From: an uncultured Saprospiraceae bacterium
GTDB lineage: Bacteria > Bacteroidota > Bacteroidia > Chitinophagales > Saprospiraceae
Direction of reading: 5' to 3'
Length of the DNA stretch: 28,755 bases
NCBI GenBank assembly: GCA_964439115.1
Contig: CAYTNI010000001.1
Location: 1 to 28,755 of the forward strand
The notes below the pieces were generated by a model that was given only the letters and a program-made list of their open reading frames with translations, had not been told where the DNA came from and did not search any database. A program made the translations under genes and the position numbers. Of the stretch, positions 26,336 through 28,755 are shown piece after piece (within the stretch, counting starts at the first letter, position 1; the number at the start of each line of letters is the position of its first letter).

Positions 26336-26948
26336 TCAAATAATGCTGTAGTCTTTTGAGTCCTTCTATCGAAGCAATACCCCGGAGGTGGTACTCAATA
26401 AATTCGCGATAGAGTTTATCCCAATGATAGTTATAATTGGGAAAAAAGGTATCATCAAGAAGGAGTCTTACACTTCCCAGATAGAGCCTGGCGAGGATGT
26501 CCACATGGAGGTTATCCCGGTAGAGGCCTTCTTGTTTGCCCCGAGCCATGTTTTGAACCAGCACCATATAGATGTATTCGCGCTGGGCGTTTTCTACGGA
26601 ATGCCAGATATCGGGATAATACTTTTTCAAATCAAAAATGGTGGCAGGAGACATTTGCCGGAGTTGCACCATGAAATGGCGTGCGAATCCAAACATCTCC
26701 TGAAGTGCATCCCCTGAATCCTTCAAAGTGAGGGCAAGGGCTTTCTTCTGTTCAGCCTGGTGCTGCTGAATGGTCTTAAGCACCAGATCCTCCTTGCTTT
26801 CAAAGTACTGATAAAGGGTTTTTTTGGAGATGCCCAGTTCGCGGGTAACATCATCCATGCTCACGCTTTTCAGACCAAAGCGCAGAAATAGCGATTCCAC
26901 TTTGGCGATGATGGCCAGTTTGGCCCCGTGCTGCTCGTCTGATTGCAT
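26325..26948 (-). CDS. TetR/AcrR family transcriptional regulator
   Basis: HTH FLRFGLKSVSMDDVTRELGISKKTLYQYFESKEDLV; first gene of the efflux operon. Confidence 0.92.
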   Translation of the reverse strand: MQSDEQHGAKLAIIAKVESLFLRFGLKSVSMDDVTRELGISKKTLYQYFESKEDLVLKTIQQHQAEQKKALALTLKDSGDALQEMFGFARHFMVQLRQMSPATIFDLKKYYPDIWHSVENAQREYIYMVLVQNMARGKQEGLYRDNLHVDILARLYLGSVRLLLDDTFFPNYNYHWDKLYREFIEYHLRGIASIEGLKRLQHYLNEL

Positions 26949-26954
26949 AAATCA

Positions 26955-27002
26955 CAAAAACTGTGGAAACTTTAAATTGTTTTAAAGTTTCCACAGTTTT
27001 TG
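26955..27002. promoter_or_regulatory. Perfect 22-bp inverted repeat, probable TetR operator
   Basis: CAAAAACTGTGGAAACTTTAAA-ttgt-TTTAAAGTTTCCACAGTTTTTG, 6 nt from the tetR ATG. Confidence 0.7.
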
Positions 27003-27035
27003 ATTGTTTTTCGACGAAAAGAAGATTGTGCCCGC

Positions 27036-27043
27036 CGAAGGTA
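27036..27043 (-). promoter_or_regulatory. Candidate -7 element (TACCTTCG) for the tetR-efflux operon
   Basis: One mismatch to TAnnTTTG; lies upstream of the palindrome. Confidence 0.4.
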
Positions 27044-27105
27044 GGAATGGTCTATGGGTGGTGTACTGAAACAATCCGGGATTCAGCCTGTGGGCATACA
27101 GGGCA

Positions 27106-27579
27106 TTATTCCAAATCTCCGAGTGTGATAGGGCGGTCAATACCCTCTTCGAGGGAGATAAAAGTTTCCGTGCGTTGTATCCCGGGGATTTTTTGGATTT
27201 TATCGTGGAGTACTTCGCGCAGATGATTGGTATCCCTGCAGAGGATTTTGGCGAAGATGTTGTAAAGCCCGGTTGTATAATGGAGGCTCACCACTTCGGG
27301 AATTTCCTTGAGTTGGGATACGGCATCATCGTAGAGCGAGCTTTTGTCTAAATAAATACCCAGGAAAGCACAGATGTCGTAGCCGAGTTTCCCGTGATCT
27401 ACGGAGAGATGGTAACCCTTAACCACACCGGCATCTTCCAGTTTTTTCATACGAACATGAATAGTGCCTCCAGAAACAAAGAGCTGTTTGGCAATATCGG
27501 TGTAGGGCTGCTTGGCATTTCGCATCAATATACCCAGGATTCGGCGGTCGAGGTCGTCAACGTCGTTCACTTTGGCCAT
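27106..27579 (-). CDS. asnC: Lrp/AsnC family transcriptional regulator (AsnC-like)
   Basis: DDLDRRIL...YTDIAKQLFVSGGTIHVRMKKL HTH; LGYD.CAFLGI, HYTTGLYNIF and IQKIPGIQRTETFISL closely parallel AsnC. ATG 27579 is preferred to the track's 27618. Confidence 0.85.
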   Translation of the reverse strand: MAKVNDVDDLDRRILGILMRNAKQPYTDIAKQLFVSGGTIHVRMKKLEDAGVVKGYHLSVDHGKLGYDICAFLGIYLDKSSLYDDAVSQLKEIPEVVSLHYTTGLYNIFAKILCRDTNHLREVLHDKIQKIPGIQRTETFISLEEGIDRPITLGDLE

Positions 27580-27585
27580 AAATAG

Positions 27586-27593
27586 CAAATTTA
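27586..27593 (-). promoter_or_regulatory. Candidate -7 element (TAAATTTG) for asnC
   Basis: The plus strand reads CAAATTTA, 6 nt from the ATG. A TTTG (-33-like) lies 22 nt upstream at 27616-27619. Confidence 0.5.
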
Positions 27594-27610
27594 TCGGTCT
27601 AAGATACGCG

Positions 27611-27658
27611 TAAATCAAATGTTAAAAATATTTTAGGTTATTTTTAACATTTGATTTA
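27611..27658. repeat. Perfect 20-bp AT-rich inverted repeat between lpxD and asnC
   Basis: TAAATCAAATGTTAAAAATA-ttttaggt-TATTTTTAACATTTGATTTA. Confidence 0.8.
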
Positions 27659-27674
27659 ATTTTTCAATCACATT

Positions 27675-28607
27675 TTAGCGATAATAGTTTGCAAAAAAAT
27701 CGGGTAAAAGCCGCAGCGCTGCCAGTTCGCGATACATGGTTCGGGCTTCTCCGGCAGGAATGCCAAAGTAGAGTTTGCCGCCTTCCAGGTCTTTGGATAC
27801 CCCGGCCTTCGCAGAAATGATGGACTTATCACCGATGGTAAGGTTTTGAGCCACTCCTGCCTGGCCGTAAAGTACCACATCATCGCCTATCACGGTATTG
27901 CCGCCCACGCCTACCTGAGCCGCCAGGAGGCAGCGCTTTCCGATGCGCACATCATGGCCGATGTGCACCTGACAATCCAACTTGCTGCCGGCACCAATGA
28001 CAGTATCACTGGAAACTCCCTTATTGATGGTACAGCCGGCACCTATCTCCACGTCGTCTTCCAGGATGACGCGGCCGCAGGACCTCCACTTTTCATACCC
28101 GGCAGTGGTTTTTTTGAAATAAAACGCCTCTGTACCGATGATGGCGCCGGGTTGAACCAGTACCCGATCGCCCAACTGGGTATATTCGGCAATGTAGGCA
28201 TTGGCGCCGATGTAACAGTTTTTTCCGATTTGTACGTGTGGGCCGATGATGGCATTGGGCTCCACCACGGTACCCTCACCGATGATGGCTGTATCGCTGA
28301 CAGTTGAAGAGATTGCCTGAACCGGGCGATAATGCAAGGCGAGCCGGTTGTAGGCGACAAAGGGCTCGTCACATAGCAACAACACCTTGCCGGCAGGAGC
28401 CTCCACGCGTTGATTCAGAATGATGACGCTGGCTGCTGATTGCAGCGCCTTGTCAAAATACTTGGCCAGATCCACGAAAGTAACGTCACCGGGCTTCACA
28501 TGATGGATTTCATTCATGCCGTAAGCCTCCAGAGCCGCATCACCAATCAATTCGGCACCGAGCATTTGCGCCAATTCGCGCACGGGGATAGGTTGGGGAA
28601 ATACCAT
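27675..28607 (-). CDS. lpxD: UDP-3-O-(3-hydroxyacyl)glucosamine N-acyltransferase (LpxD family)
   Basis: N-terminal uridine-binding domain (PGDVTFV), hexapeptide repeats, GAIIGTEAF, VEIGAGCTINKG, LDCQVHIGH (catalytic His) and GQAGV. Confidence 0.85.
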   Translation of the reverse strand: MVFPQPIPVRELAQMLGAELIGDAALEAYGMNEIHHVKPGDVTFVDLAKYFDKALQSAASVIILNQRVEAPAGKVLLLCDEPFVAYNRLALHYRPVQAISSTVSDTAIIGEGTVVEPNAIIGPHVQIGKNCYIGANAYIAEYTQLGDRVLVQPGAIIGTEAFYFKKTTAGYEKWRSCGRVILEDDVEIGAGCTINKGVSSDTVIGAGSKLDCQVHIGHDVRIGKRCLLAAQVGVGGNTVIGDDVVLYGQAGVAQNLTIGDKSIISAKAGVSKDLEGGKLYFGIPAGEARTMYRELAALRLLPDFFANYYR

Positions 28608-28620
28608 TTGCTTTTTTCAG

Positions 28621-28628
28621 CAAAGGTA
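28621..28628 (-). promoter_or_regulatory. -7 promoter element (TACCTTTG) for lpxD
   Basis: The plus strand reads CAAAGGTA, 13 nt upstream of the ATG at 28607. Confidence 0.6.
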
Positions 28629-28704
28629 AAGGGTCACAGGCATATCACCGCCATGAGTGCTTCAAACAATCTGCAAATTCATCAATTGAATCCCTTATTT
28701 TTTG

Positions 28705-28712
28705 TAACTTTG
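28705..28712 (+). promoter_or_regulatory. -7 promoter element (TAACTTTG) for a divergent gene running off the window
   Basis: Sequence reads TAACTTTGCAGC-ATG. Confidence 0.6.
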
Positions 28713-28716
28713 CAGC

Positions 28717-28755
28717 ATGGAATCAACGACAGATCACAAAAACAAAAGCGCCGGC
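28717..28755 (+). CDS. Probable start of a gene truncated by the window edge (MESTTDHKNKSAG...), product unknown
   Basis: ATG 4 nt after a consensus -7 element; the frame is open to the end. Only 13 codons are visible. Confidence 0.45.
   Translation, partial: MESTTDHKNKSAG

Noticed and set aside
3107-27618. Aspartate/asparagine theme (gluQ, iaaA, nadB, asnC) as an AsnC regulon
   Set aside because: The genes are scattered over 24 kb in separate units, and I found no copy of the asnC palindrome upstream of the others. Probably coincidence.
26955-27658. The two palindromes as ends of a mobile element carrying asnC
   Set aside because: They share no sequence with each other. There is no transposase and no target-site duplication was seen.
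1-28755. tRNA, rRNA, CRISPR arrays, insertion sequences, riboswitches (for example FMN upstream of ribF)
   Set aside because: All intergenic gaps are short (about 160 nt or less) and none shows these structures. The ribF leader is too short for a riboswitch.

Overview
A 28.8 kb chromosomal window from a Bacteroidota bacterium. Evidence for the phylum: repeated TAnnTTTG -7 promoter elements, a T9SS C-terminal sorting domain, a GldA-like ATPase and Bacteroidota-style lipoprotein signals. A finer taxon cannot be fixed from sequence alone. It holds 23 complete or near-complete genes plus a 13-codon gene start at the right edge, mostly housekeeping or envelope functions. In order: a 5'-truncated beta-barrel protein, a triple PepSY-like lipoprotein, GldA-like ATPase, GluQ, a class III cyclase-TolB-like-TPR protein, a HAD/CatA-like/IaaA/YciO operon, a secreted GH18-CUB protein, an M16 protease, RibF-GT2, an RluA-family synthase, a CBS protein, DUF1573, a divergent BioF-like enzyme, NadB, a TetR-TolC-MFP-RND efflux operon, AsnC and an LpxD paralog. 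I saw no tRNA, rRNA, CRISPR array or mobile element. The strongest candidate for undescribed biology is an in-frame fusion of a complete riboflavin kinase/FAD synthetase (RibF) to a complete family-2 glycosyltransferase (13905-15935). Also notable are a cyclase with non-canonical specificity residues and two perfect 48-bp palindromes upstream of tetR and asnC.
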